A DNA stretch of 64,000 nucleotides from a virus, in the IMG/VR virus record IMGVR_UViG_3300025617_001208, positions 12,885 to 76,884 of that record; one strand, written 5' to 3'. Under the pieces are notes generated by a model. The model saw nothing but the letters and a program-made list of their open reading frames with translations, was not told the DNA's origin and did no database searches. Below, piece by piece: positions 9,426-19,192 of this stretch. Position 1 is the first letter of the stretch. Every line of letters begins with the position of its first letter. Position numbers and translations under genes: made by a program.

Positions 9426-10735
9426 ATATACTCCGAAAACATTGGCTCAACATCGAGCAAATTTTCATTTCTTATGCAATCTAAATCTTGTGTATATTTT
9501 AAAAATTCGTTCCAATGTGTTTCATAATAACTATCGCTATTCATATATCTAATAACACTGTTTTTAATTTCAATTGCTTTATTAAAAGTATTTTCAGAAA
9601 AATCTTGCGATTCGCACCATACTATAAAATTATCAAAATTTTGCACAATTTGATTTTTCATTTCATCTGGCAATACTCTAATATTTAAATGCTTAGGATG
9701 ATGTGCAACGTGATGAGTGATAATTGGACGCTTTTTAGTGCTATTAATTTTTTTAAATTTGCTTTCAGTTAATTTCCACTTCATAAAATCAATCATATGA
9801 TTTACGTTGTATGCGGTAACTGTAAATGCTAACCAACCCATTATATTTGGCGAAGTGTTATCTAATATTTGTAAATTTTTATAAATTTTATTCCATTTTG
9901 CAGGATGACGTTGATATTCTAAAACTTCGTTCATACCATCTACACTAGCACCTACACGCACTTGTTTAAAACTTTCCCATAATTTTACAACTCTAGGAGG
10001 CAATGTACTCATGTTAGTATTGTATTCTACGATCATATTTTTGGCACTACCGTTTTCTATGCAACGTTCTAAAAAGTCGTAGTGTCTTTCAATTAGCATT
10101 GGCTCACCGCCTGCAAAGTAAACATGTTTAATGTTGTGTGCATTGGCTTCAAGTTGCTCCCAAAACGGTTCGTGGCTTGGCCAATCAAATTCAGTTGCAC
10201 AAAGTTTATTACCTATTTGTTTAATTTCTACTTCGCCGCTAGTATCTTTAAATGTATTTTTTCCTGTTAGTTTAATCCAGTCATCATACCATGCATCGCT
10301 GTCAGTTGGTCCACACATACGACATTTTAAATTACAAAAATTACCAAAACGTAAATCATAATATTCAACAGGAGTTTCTTCTATATCAATACTTCCGTCT
10401 AACTCAGTTTGCTCCTGTGCTTTTTGTAAGGTAAAATTAGGCCAATTTTGTTGTTCATACTGACGTCTGCTATTAAGTCCGTTTTCTTCTTCACTACGAC
10501 ATCTTCCGCACTCTTCGCTCCAGTTTCCTATGAGCATATTAGTACGAATAGTTTTCATAAAATCTGCATTGCGAGCATCTTGTAATACGTCAGCACCTGC
10601 GTTATACGCAGCACCGTCTTCCTTACGTATTACACCTTTGTTTTTTGTTACATTTGCTTGACAACATACTCGTATATCTCCGTTTGCTCTTACAGCTTGA
10701 AATATCCACGGTATTGGACAAAATGTATTAGACAT
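9422..10735 (-). CDS. radical SAM protein with N-terminal twitch domain
   Basis: CNLKCRMC, AGGEP, YNTN, SVDG; N-terminal FCPIPW...VCC...CGRC. Confidence 0.92.
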   Translation of the reverse strand: MSNTFCPIPWIFQAVRANGDIRVCCQANVTKNKGVIRKEDGAAYNAGADVLQDARNADFMKTIRTNMLIGNWSEECGRCRSEEENGLNSRRQYEQQNWPNFTLQKAQEQTELDGSIDIEETPVEYYDLRFGNFCNLKCRMCGPTDSDAWYDDWIKLTGKNTFKDTSGEVEIKQIGNKLCATEFDWPSHEPFWEQLEANAHNIKHVYFAGGEPMLIERHYDFLERCIENGSAKNMIVEYNTNMSTLPPRVVKLWESFKQVRVGASVDGMNEVLEYQRHPAKWNKIYKNLQILDNTSPNIMGWLAFTVTAYNVNHMIDFMKWKLTESKFKKINSTKKRPIITHHVAHHPKHLNIRVLPDEMKNQIVQNFDNFIVWCESQDFSENTFNKAIEIKNSVIRYMNSDSYYETHWNEFLKYTQDLDCIRNENLLDVEPMFSEYI

Positions 10736-12137
10736 TGTTGAAAATATCCTTCATTTCAGGAAATACTTCCTGCCAATTTAAATTACGTTGTTTATCGCAT
10801 AATTCAATGAACTCGCGCATTTCGGGTAAACGTACACTCCAGTCTTCGCTTTCCATAAACTTGAGCATACCTTCCAAACGTTTTAGCCCATAAGGTGCAT
10901 TATCAAACATTGCTTTTGTAACTTTGCCCTTGTGCCAACTTGGAACACCTAGTTCCCAGTTTTCTTCCCACCATGGATAAAACTCCTCATACTTTTTGCG
11001 TACTTCTGCTTTGAACCATTCTGGCAATACTTTAACATTTAGGTGCGGTGGATGGTATACAAAGTGATAGTTTACGCCGCCGGCGCCAAATGGCCACATA
11101 TTAATCTTTTTAAATTTTTGTTCTAGTTTCCAACGAATAAAATCTGGTATGTAATATATGTTTAATGCTTGTACTGCACATGCTACAGTGATTTCTACAT
11201 TGTTACTTGTTTCGTTGTCAAGTATATGAAATACTTCTTCTTGACGTTTCCATTTACTTGGATAACGAATATAGTCGTTCATTTCGTGTATGCTGTCTAC
11301 CGAATAGTGAAACCGTACCAGCTTAAATTCTCGCCATAAATCAAATAAATCCTCTCGCCATTCAACTCCGTTTGAGTTATAACGTAGTTCGAGATCTTTT
11401 GCATAACCCATTTTAATTGCATGTTCAAGTATTTCATAATGTTCCTCGATAATAAGACTTTCGCCACCTGCAAAATATATCTGCTGCATACTAGGCATTT
11501 GTTCGTAAAACTGTTTCCAGAATGTGTCATTTTGTTTATGCCAATTATAACTGCTACCGTTGTAACTGCCTTTGTCTTGCCATTGCATAGTCTCTTTAAG
11601 ACTGTCGTTTTCAACTGCTGGAAATATTTTTTTGTAGTCTTTGATCCATCCACTACTATCGTGCGGGCTACACATTACACAAGCAAGCTGACATTTGGTA
11701 CCAAACCGTAAATCGATATATGCTAACTGCGGTGGAACACTGCCATCTTCTTCTGTATTAGCAATTAGTTGATCTACATCTGTTCGTTGGCTCCAGTATG
11801 CTGTTTCCCACATACGTTTACTGTTATGCCCTGCTGCTTCTTCTTTGTAACATTTTAAACAGCTAGGCGGCTTTTCACCAGCTAACATTTGCTTACGAAC
11901 ATTTCGCATATAGTTGCTATTCCAAGCAGTTTCGAAATCTGTAACGTTTAAGTTATTAGGTTTACCGTCATCGGTTTTAAGAATACCGACTTGACCGCCG
12001 TGCTCTTTATCATTAGTAGCGCCTACACTACTAGCGTTTGCTGTACAGCATACTCGCATGCTGCCATCTGGTCTTGTGCTTAAATGCACCCATGGCAATA
12101 TGCAAAATGTTTCGGAAGGGGCTTTTCTATCTGTCAT
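10728..12137 (-). CDS. radical SAM protein with N-terminal twitch domain
   Basis: CQLACVMC, AGGES, YNSN, YIRYP; N-terminal FCILPW...VCC...CLKC. Confidence 0.92.
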   Translation of the reverse strand: MTDRKAPSETFCILPWVHLSTRPDGSMRVCCTANASSVGATNDKEHGGQVGILKTDDGKPNNLNVTDFETAWNSNYMRNVRKQMLAGEKPPSCLKCYKEEAAGHNSKRMWETAYWSQRTDVDQLIANTEEDGSVPPQLAYIDLRFGTKCQLACVMCSPHDSSGWIKDYKKIFPAVENDSLKETMQWQDKGSYNGSSYNWHKQNDTFWKQFYEQMPSMQQIYFAGGESLIIEEHYEILEHAIKMGYAKDLELRYNSNGVEWREDLFDLWREFKLVRFHYSVDSIHEMNDYIRYPSKWKRQEEVFHILDNETSNNVEITVACAVQALNIYYIPDFIRWKLEQKFKKINMWPFGAGGVNYHFVYHPPHLNVKVLPEWFKAEVRKKYEEFYPWWEENWELGVPSWHKGKVTKAMFDNAPYGLKRLEGMLKFMESEDWSVRLPEMREFIELCDKQRNLNWQEVFPEMKDIFNNV

Positions 12138-12141
12138 ACTA

Positions 12142-12147
12142 TATTTA
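12142..12147 (-). promoter_or_regulatory. T4-type late promoter core TAAATA, 4 nt upstream of ATG (leaderless?)
   Basis: Minus strand reads ATAAATA-tagt-ATG in the 27-bp intergenic gap; no SD sequence. Confidence 0.55.
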
Positions 12148-12164
12148 TTCCGTTAACTACGTAC

Positions 12165-13526
12165 TTAATTATTTTCTGTTTGATTTAAAAACTGTTGTGC
12201 AATTTTTTCAATTTTTATATATTTGTTGCTAGTAAACCCTGGTGTACCATAAGGCATTGCAAAATCACCAAATATGTGTACAGTGTTAGGTATTCTACTA
12301 ATTAAATAATCTTGTGCTCTAGCTCTGTCAATTAAACTGTGAAACATGCTTGTAGGTTTGTAATGGTATACGTTACTTAGCCACAATATTTTGTTTCCGT
12401 CAACATTTAAAAAATCATGTATTTTATCTGCTTGATCTGTTTGTTGTCTTACTAACAAGTAATTTACTCTTTCAAACCGAACCTTTATATTGTTTCTAAA
12501 TTCATTCCACCATATACACCATTCATCAACTCCGCCAAAGTGTTCAATAAATTCAGAATTAAAATCACCAAAATTTTCAGCAACAAAGTTTCCATTGTGT
12601 ATGCGTGTGTCAATACTTTGAATAAATTGTTTATAATCTCTGCCGTCCCAAGTTTCATACATCTTACGCATTACGTACAAACTAAACTTGTCATAATCAG
12701 CAAACATTAATTCAAAGTTATCTGCATATCCTATTTCGTGTATTGTTTTTAAATGATTAAGACCTGCTGCTACTGTAACCATACGTGTTAGTGGCTGTTG
12801 TGTAGTACAGCTTTTTACAAATCTAGGATTTGTATTATTTGTATCTGTATTATATACATAAAACTTACTAATACATTGCTTTTCTGTAAGTTGAGTTAAT
12901 TTATCATTAGCATCGTCAGTATCAGGGTATAAATAGAATTTACTTTTGCGTACAAAGTCGTCAAAACTTCTTATAGTATATCCAGCAGTTAAAATGTCAT
13001 GTACTATTTTATATCCAGGTTTACAATTTTCATATGTACTTGTAAACATACTTGGAGCAATCCAATGCGGAGTATATTCGTCATGATGATTTTCTTCACT
13101 TCTAGCAGGTTGTATTAGATCTACAGATTGTTTACATCTATCAAAGTTGCAAGAACTTACTTGTTTTAATTTCTTAATGTTTAAATAAAATGCTTGATCG
13201 TGTATTTCTATATAACGTTCTTGTCTATCTAGAATGTGTCCAACTAATATATCGTCATCAATAAGAAAACTATCTAATGTTTCTAAAAATCTGCCATGTA
13301 CTTCAAGATCATTGCCCATATTAATACAGACCAAATGCTCGATGTTTTTTTCAACAGAATAATTAATAGCTGATTGATGACTGTCAAACTTTTTAATATT
13401 TTTTAGTCCTAGCTGAGCTCCCAATTCGACCCACCAAAACTCGGTTAGATTTTTACTAACTCCTTTTGTAATATTGCTTTTTGATAAATTCATATTATCA
13501 ATAAATGCTATAAAGAAATTTCTCAT
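12165..13526 (-). CDS. hypothetical protein, paralog of 3171..4460
   Basis: 453 aa from ATG 13526 (ATGA overlap). Motifs GHILD, HDQAFYLN, FYVYNTD, AAGLN, ETWDG, WLSNVYHY. Confidence 0.75.
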   Translation of the reverse strand: MRNFFIAFIDNMNLSKSNITKGVSKNLTEFWWVELGAQLGLKNIKKFDSHQSAINYSVEKNIEHLVCINMGNDLEVHGRFLETLDSFLIDDDILVGHILDRQERYIEIHDQAFYLNIKKLKQVSSCNFDRCKQSVDLIQPARSEENHHDEYTPHWIAPSMFTSTYENCKPGYKIVHDILTAGYTIRSFDDFVRKSKFYLYPDTDDANDKLTQLTEKQCISKFYVYNTDTNNTNPRFVKSCTTQQPLTRMVTVAAGLNHLKTIHEIGYADNFELMFADYDKFSLYVMRKMYETWDGRDYKQFIQSIDTRIHNGNFVAENFGDFNSEFIEHFGGVDEWCIWWNEFRNNIKVRFERVNYLLVRQQTDQADKIHDFLNVDGNKILWLSNVYHYKPTSMFHSLIDRARAQDYLISRIPNTVHIFGDFAMPYGTPGFTSNKYIKIEKIAQQFLNQTENN

Positions 13527-14539
13527 ATTTTTGTTAACCTTTTTACTGTACAAGTATCTGCACATCTTTTTATTTTTCCGCACTTGCCTTCGCCTACTGG
13601 ATTGTTAAAACTTTCTATCAGATCATTTGCAAAAAACTCGTGTTTGATAATGTCATCAACACTATGATGCTCTAAACTATTAAATGTTTCACCGTAGTTT
13701 TTATTGATACGTGCAGTCATATGATCATACATTCCGTGACGCATAAAATATCCATTGTGTAAAAAACAACAAGGCCATATTTTACTATCATAACTCATAA
13801 AATACATTTTGCGTTCTAAGCTATGACAGTTGATAGGCAACTTTTCTTTTTCACTGTAATCCTTAGGCGGCAAATCAATATTAGGCACAGGACGATTTGC
13901 TGTTTTTTTCTTAACAATACTTAGTTGTGTTTCTTGTTCGGTTATGTGAGATAAGTCGTATCGTTTGTGAAAACTTTTAAATCCCATTTTATAAGCAAGT
14001 TCTTCAGCTTCATCTACTTGATGTTCATTCCACGGAAATATCAAATATTGCCAAATAACAGTGGCACCTGTACCAATTGCTGCTTTTGCATTTTCAATAA
14101 TTTTATTGTAGTTTGTCTTTTGTCTATAAATGTGATTAGTGTTTGCCAACCCATCAATACTAAAATGTAAACTGTGATTAGGAAACTTTAGTAGTTCTTT
14201 ACCTATTTTTTCAAAATATTCTGGTGAACGCAAACTTCCATTTGTGTGTATACTTGGAACTAGTTTATTATTAATATTACTTGCAATTGATAAAAATTTA
14301 TCAAACTCAGGATGCATAAAAGGATCGTCTACAGTGCCACAAAACTCCAAGTCTGTTAGTGTACTCATAGTATCCGATTTTAGTAGTTTTTCAAATGTTT
14401 CTAGTTTTACTAATTTCTTTTTTGGTATAATTTTTTTAGTTTCGTTATAGTTAAATTGTTCAGTTCTATGACAACCCAAGCATAATGCATTACACATACT
14501 AGACAATTCCATTTGTAATATACTAGCCTGACTAAACAT
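13523..14539 (-). CDS. radical SAM protein with C-terminal twitch/SPASM domain
   Basis: CNALCLGC, CGTVDDP, HTNG, FSIDG; C-terminal C...PCCF...CADTC. Start refined to ATG 14539. Confidence 0.9.
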   Translation of the reverse strand: MFSQASILQMELSSMCNALCLGCHRTEQFNYNETKKIIPKKKLVKLETFEKLLKSDTMSTLTDLEFCGTVDDPFMHPEFDKFLSIASNINNKLVPSIHTNGSLRSPEYFEKIGKELLKFPNHSLHFSIDGLANTNHIYRQKTNYNKIIENAKAAIGTGATVIWQYLIFPWNEHQVDEAEELAYKMGFKSFHKRYDLSHITEQETQLSIVKKKTANRPVPNIDLPPKDYSEKEKLPINCHSLERKMYFMSYDSKIWPCCFLHNGYFMRHGMYDHMTARINKNYGETFNSLEHHSVDDIIKHEFFANDLIESFNNPVGEGKCGKIKRCADTCTVKRLTKI

Positions 14540-14828
14540 TAACCTTTTCCTTAATTTTGCGAGAGCCGTTTTTAGGACAATGTCTAACACATCCTATATA
14601 AGGATTTTTAGTTCTCCATGTATTATAAATTTTATCCCAAAGTTTTACAATTTTTTTTGGATGATTATTTTGCAACTTTAACATTTCGTAATCTTTACCA
14701 AATAAATCTCTTAGCTCGTGTTCGTGATTAGAATGTGTAGTTAAATAGCAGCATGGCAAAAATAAACCATTAATTTCTACAAAAGGATGTAAATTTTCCA
14801 TGCACATTGGTTTAATTTTTTTATACAT
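14532..14828 (-). CDS. stand-alone twitch/SPASM Fe-S domain protein
   Basis: 98 aa with PMC...GLFLPCCY...GCVRHC, the same Cys spacing as the C-terminal domains of neighbouring radical SAMs. Confidence 0.8.
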   Translation of the reverse strand: MYKKIKPMCMENLHPFVEINGLFLPCCYLTTHSNHEHELRDLFGKDYEMLKLQNNHPKKIVKLWDKIYNTWRTKNPYIGCVRHCPKNGSRKIKEKVNV

Positions 14829-15546
14829 TTAACGAGCTCACTATTGTATCGGTATTATTTTTTGGATAACTGAAATTATAGCCGCCTAGTTTTAAAACTT
14901 TCCAAGCCCAACGTGCAGAAAAGTCAGGACGTAACCATTCATGCTGGCCTACATGCGGCCAATCAAATCTAATATAATCAAACTTAGCGTTAATTGCTTC
15001 TTTTACTATATCAACTAATTTCCATTTGTTATAAGAAAAACAGATTGTTTTTTGAATTATTGTTGGTTTATTTTCAACTTGCAATAAAGACTGAATTCCT
15101 ATATCTATACTTTGAATATCCCCATTTACTCTATATTTTGTAAAATTTTCTCTAGTGCCATCAATTGAAAAATATATACAATCAGTTGGCTTCATTACAT
15201 TACCTAATTCTTTCCAAAACTTTTTATCTCTGTAACTTCCGTTTGTGTGCATTTGTATTGTAATTGGCGAGCCAGTTTCAATTTCTCTTTCTCTAATAAA
15301 TTGCACAAGCGGTATTAAATCAGGATAGTAAATTGGATCTCCCCAATTTCCACAAAACTCAATTCCAGAAGGGTTAGTTTTATTGATTAATTTTGTATAA
15401 TTTTTATAATTAACATGAACGGTGTTTGTTATATCAGGAATTGTGTTTTTAGGAGCAGTAGTTCGAGCACACGCCAAGCATCCTAGTGTGCATTTATATG
15501 TTAGTCCTAAATGTAAAGAATCAATTTCTCTACCTTTCCAATTCAT
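14821..15546 (-). CDS. radical SAM core domain protein (lacks its own twitch domain)
   Basis: CTLGCLAC, CGNWGDP, HTNG, FSIDG; only 241 aa and no C-terminal Cys cluster. Confidence 0.88.
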   Translation of the reverse strand: MNWKGREIDSLHLGLTYKCTLGCLACARTTAPKNTIPDITNTVHVNYKNYTKLINKTNPSGIEFCGNWGDPIYYPDLIPLVQFIREREIETGSPITIQMHTNGSYRDKKFWKELGNVMKPTDCIYFSIDGTRENFTKYRVNGDIQSIDIGIQSLLQVENKPTIIQKTICFSYNKWKLVDIVKEAINAKFDYIRFDWPHVGQHEWLRPDFSARWAWKVLKLGGYNFSYPKNNTDTIVSSLNV

Positions 15547-16628
15547 TTAAATTGCTCCGCAAACGGATCAAACTCAGTACCGCACTTTTGCGCACATACT
15601 CCTAACTTACCTTCTTTAACACTAGACAAATTCCAACTGTTTTTAATATCAGACAACAAAGATCCGTTCATAACATCTTGCAAGTCGTTGTCAATTACAT
15701 CAATGCCTTCTTTGCCGCCTGCACGGTCAATAAAATCCCAAACTTGTTCTACGCGAGGATCTGGATGCCACCATTTGTACATACGTCCAGCAGTCCAACA
15801 ACAGGGCATCATCAGCCCTTCTGCTGTAATAAAAATATTACCTTCTTCTGCAACTTTACATTTAATACTACATGTATCGTAGTAATCCTTCATACTACCA
15901 TATTCTTTGGTAATTTGTTTTTCTTTTAACAATGCAATATTAATGTTTTCTTTTTTCTTAGGCTTTGCTAAGTTTTGTGTATCCTCGCCTTTGCGGTTTT
16001 TTGCTTGGTGTGTTTCTTTACCTGTTAACTTAGCAGTACTGTAGAATCTGCCGGTCTTCTTTTTAATAAATTTTTCACATCCCCAAGAATTAGCAAGTGC
16101 TTCTGCTTCATCTACTTGGTGTTCGTTATGCGCAAAAATAATGTAATCCCAACGAGCTCTGCCGCCGGCGTCAATAAACGCTCGCATGTTGCGTTCTACA
16201 TTGTCCCATACTACTCCTTGTCGATACAAATGATTCGTATTGCTAAGACCGTCCACACTAAAAATAACAGCGCCCATTCTTCCAAAGACATGGGCTAACT
16301 CGGTCCACCATTTAACATCTTTCGCTCCTGCGTTTGTATTCATGCTTAACCACATGTTTGGATTGTGCTCTCTAAAGTAACGAAATATTTCTAGTGTGTC
16401 TCTTGCAACAATAGGATCACCTAAATTACCACACATAAACATTGTTTTTAATTGTGCAATAAATTCTGGTTTAAATATACGTTTACAATCTTCTAAACTT
16501 AATTCTGCATTAGTAATATGAGGATTATCAGCACCGCCATTCATATTACGATCGCACATAGGACACGCTGCTTGGCAGCGTTGTGTTACTTCTAGGTGTA
16601 CTGTTTTAATATCTTCATATCTATACAT
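15543..16628 (-). CDS. radical SAM protein with C-terminal twitch/SPASM domain
   Basis: CQAACPMC, CGNLGDP, FSVDG; C-terminal C...PCCW...CAQKC. Start refined to ATG 16628 (TAATG overlap). Confidence 0.92.
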   Translation of the reverse strand: MYRYEDIKTVHLEVTQRCQAACPMCDRNMNGGADNPHITNAELSLEDCKRIFKPEFIAQLKTMFMCGNLGDPIVARDTLEIFRYFREHNPNMWLSMNTNAGAKDVKWWTELAHVFGRMGAVIFSVDGLSNTNHLYRQGVVWDNVERNMRAFIDAGGRARWDYIIFAHNEHQVDEAEALANSWGCEKFIKKKTGRFYSTAKLTGKETHQAKNRKGEDTQNLAKPKKKENINIALLKEKQITKEYGSMKDYYDTCSIKCKVAEEGNIFITAEGLMMPCCWTAGRMYKWWHPDPRVEQVWDFIDRAGGKEGIDVIDNDLQDVMNGSLLSDIKNSWNLSSVKEGKLGVCAQKCGTEFDPFAEQFK

Positions 16629-16981
16629 TATTCGTCCCAATACATTTTGTTATTTTTTTGATAAAAATATTCTTTTTCTAATTCTAACATATCATCATAT
16701 GTTAGTCTATGATGAAATGTACTCCATCCTATACTTACACTAAAACGCACATAAGGATTAACTTTACGTTCAGGACGTGGGCCGTGTTTTTTGTATTCAA
16801 CAAAAATGTATCCACCTTCAAAGGCAAATTCGATTCCTGTTTTCCACTTTTGTAAAATAGATTCAAACTCATTTTGTTTAAAACGATATCCGTTTACAAG
16901 TGTGTCATTTACTTTAATGCTAACATCTACTCTATCTTGATTTTTAAATAGATAAGTTTTTATAGGTTTTGTAAATTTCAT
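16628..16981 (-). CDS. hypothetical protein
   Basis: 117-aa ORF overlapping the start/stop codons of both neighbours. Confidence 0.7.
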   Translation of the reverse strand: MKFTKPIKTYLFKNQDRVDVSIKVNDTLVNGYRFKQNEFESILQKWKTGIEFAFEGGYIFVEYKKHGPRPERKVNPYVRFSVSIGWSTFHHRLTYDDMLELEKEYFYQKNNKMYWDE

Positions 16982-17199
16982 TCCATAACCAACTTTACTT
17001 TTTTACCAGGGCCTGTTTGACTAGGTAAATCTCCGTATTCATCAATATACCATTGTATAACTGCTTTGTACCATTGCTGGCTGTTGTGGTGTGCTTGTTT
17101 GTTAAACTGCCAAATGTTATTATTAGTGGCTTGCATTGTACTCAATGCTCTTGCACTTTCTTTTTGCAGTTGTCTTAAACTTAAATCATCTAAATCCAT
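16978..17199 (-). CDS. small hypothetical protein
   Basis: 73-aa ORF with TAATG and ATGA overlaps to its neighbours. Confidence 0.7.
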   Translation of the reverse strand: MDLDDLSLRQLQKESARALSTMQATNNNIWQFNKQAHHNSQQWYKAVIQWYIDEYGDLPSQTGPGKKVKLVME

Positions 17200-18086
17200 T
17201 AAGGTCTTCCAATTACCATAAAACGTTTGTATCCAAATAGTTCTTGTTCACCTGCATATTCAAGTCTACTCATTGGAAACTTTTTAATCATATGATCAAT
17301 ACTGTGTACACAGTTTACATGTTCTTCTACATCAAACAAGTTGTTGCTTTGAATTACAAACAATGGGTCACTTTCCATTGGGCGATTTGCAAACTTTTGA
17401 TACCACGTACTAGGCATGTGTTCGGCACTTGTATTAAACACTAAACTTGGTTGTGTTTTTTCAAATATTTCTTTGTCAGTTGTATAATTTTTAACATTAT
17501 AAGTACACCCTGTTCTGCTGACCCATTCCATGTTTTTATCTAAATCGCTGCTACTTGCCATTGGTAGTTTCATTTCAACAGATTTTACTTTATAGCCTTC
17601 AATGCGCTGTGCGTTAAAAATCTTATCACTAACGTAACATGCCTCAGGATCAACGTCAAACACTCTCATTTTATTATATTGTATAACTTGCTCAAGGAAC
17701 AACCGTATCTGTCCGTACCATCCACCAAGTACGTACACAGTATCAAATTCTTTTTGTATTTTTGCAAGTTCTTCCATTGCCCATATTTTACTATTTACTT
17801 GCCCTCTACTAAATGCATCTTGTAGGAAAATAGGATTATAGTTATTTCTATAATACTTGTCAAATATATCAAAAATATCATTAGTTGTTTGTTTCTTTAA
17901 AAAATGCAAAAATTCTGCAATGTTAAGATCCAATGATAAATTTATCATATTGTCCTTTGAGTACACCATTGATAAGAAAAAGTCAACAAGCATTTTTGAT
18001 TCTTTATCGTTGACAAAATCAAAATATTCTTGTAAGCCGTGCAACCAGCTTATATTATCTACTGCAATTTCATTATTTACATTCAT
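17199..18086 (-). CDS. putative class I SAM-dependent methyltransferase
   Basis: VYVLGGWYG glycine motif I followed by VFDVD (acidic motif II); NTSAEHM. ATG at 18086. Confidence 0.65.
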   Translation of the reverse strand: MNVNNEIAVDNISWLHGLQEYFDFVNDKESKMLVDFFLSMVYSKDNMINLSLDLNIAEFLHFLKKQTTNDIFDIFDKYYRNNYNPIFLQDAFSRGQVNSKIWAMEELAKIQKEFDTVYVLGGWYGQIRLFLEQVIQYNKMRVFDVDPEACYVSDKIFNAQRIEGYKVKSVEMKLPMASSSDLDKNMEWVSRTGCTYNVKNYTTDKEIFEKTQPSLVFNTSAEHMPSTWYQKFANRPMESDPLFVIQSNNLFDVEEHVNCVHSIDHMIKKFPMSRLEYAGEQELFGYKRFMVIGRP

Positions 18087-19104
18087 TAGCAAATCTCTCT
18101 TCTAACCAATCAAAGTCATTAATATTTCTTAATTGTTCACTGTTGTGTTTATTACGAGCACCAAACATTGCTCCTGACTTTGCACCCTGGAATGCATAAT
18201 CAGCAAAGTCTCCTGTACCTTTTGTACACCAAGTAACAAGACGTTGTTGTGTTTCGTTGTCTTTTTGTCTGTCTATTACACGACTACTTAGCTTTGCACA
18301 TTCTCTAAATGCACTTTTCCATGTATTAAAAGGATCAGTGTTAAATCCAGTAATGTTGCTTACTTGCATCATTGCTACAAATTTGTTACTAATACTTGTG
18401 GTCATATCAGGTTTACTTGTGTCCATATTAATTGTTTCTTCTCTTGGAAACAACTTTACTCCGCCGTATCCATATTCAAGACCGTTTACCGGGTTAATAC
18501 TGCGCCAAACGTGTACTGCTTTACTATTCCACCATTCAGGTACATAGTCAAAATTAAAGTTATCAACTATTTCAGCATCACCGTCAACTATCCAGACTCT
18601 GTCAGTTGTGCAAAGTTTTGCAGCTTCGATGTGTGCCTGGTGTATTCCTTTTACTCCGTGTACACGTTTAGCTCGTGGAAATCTCTTTAACAAACTTTGA
18701 TAATTTTCATCAGCATTGGGCTCTTGATAACTGATAAAAACTATATCACTTGTTTCACTTAAAGGTGTACTTGCACAAATATCTGTAAACTTTTTGTTAA
18801 TATAAAATCTAGCAGCAAGTTCTCCTGGTCCGTGATGACTTTCTTTTGGCATAAGTGCTATACCATCGTAATTGCTACTATTTAAAAATACATGTGTATA
18901 CTGCATATCAGCCGGCTTAGATTTATATGTAAAGTCCCAATCGCTATTAAGTTCCAGTTCTGGATATACAATCCACAACATCTTTGTGTTTGCTTGGGAC
19001 TTTGCCGAAACAACGGATTCTGCTGTTTTAGCAGTTATAAATTCTTCTTTCAATTTTAGGTATTGGGGGTGATCTTTTGATCCAATAAAATAAATATCAT
19101 ACAT
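18073..19104 (-). CDS. GT-A fold (GT2-like) glycosyltransferase
   Basis: DIVFISYQEPNA, HGVKGIHQAHIEAA, WIVDGD (DxD), YGYGGVKLFP, AFRE; paralog of 26804..27724. Confidence 0.7.
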   Translation of the reverse strand: MYDIYFIGSKDHPQYLKLKEEFITAKTAESVVSAKSQANTKMLWIVYPELELNSDWDFTYKSKPADMQYTHVFLNSSNYDGIALMPKESHHGPGELAARFYINKKFTDICASTPLSETSDIVFISYQEPNADENYQSLLKRFPRAKRVHGVKGIHQAHIEAAKLCTTDRVWIVDGDAEIVDNFNFDYVPEWWNSKAVHVWRSINPVNGLEYGYGGVKLFPREETINMDTSKPDMTTSISNKFVAMMQVSNITGFNTDPFNTWKSAFRECAKLSSRVIDRQKDNETQQRLVTWCTKGTGDFADYAFQGAKSGAMFGARNKHNSEQLRNINDFDWLEERFANECK

Positions 19105-19110
19105 AGTTTA

Positions 19111-19139
19111 ATTATTACACATATTTGTGTTCCTGTCAA
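19111..19139 (-). promoter_or_regulatory. sigma70-type promoter TTGACA-N17-AATAAT for the 19104 gene block
   Basis: Perfect -35, 5/6 match at -10; the ATG is only 6 nt downstream of -10. Confidence 0.55.
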
Positions 19140-19140
19140 C

Positions 19141-19156
19141 TATTTAATGATAAATA
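19141..19156. promoter_or_regulatory. back-to-back late promoter cores (TATTTA-atga-TAAATA)
   Basis: Inverted TAAATA pair at a divergent junction, with the same 4-nt spacer as at 2399-2414. Confidence 0.6.
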
Positions 19157-19192
19157 TCCTGTGTTCAACTATAATTGACAAATACAAAATTT

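Noticed and set aside
16978-17199. 73-aa ORF as a possible RiPP precursor for the radical SAMs
   Set aside because: No leader/core structure, Cys/repeat pattern, nearby peptidase, transporter or RRE; it looks like a small globular protein
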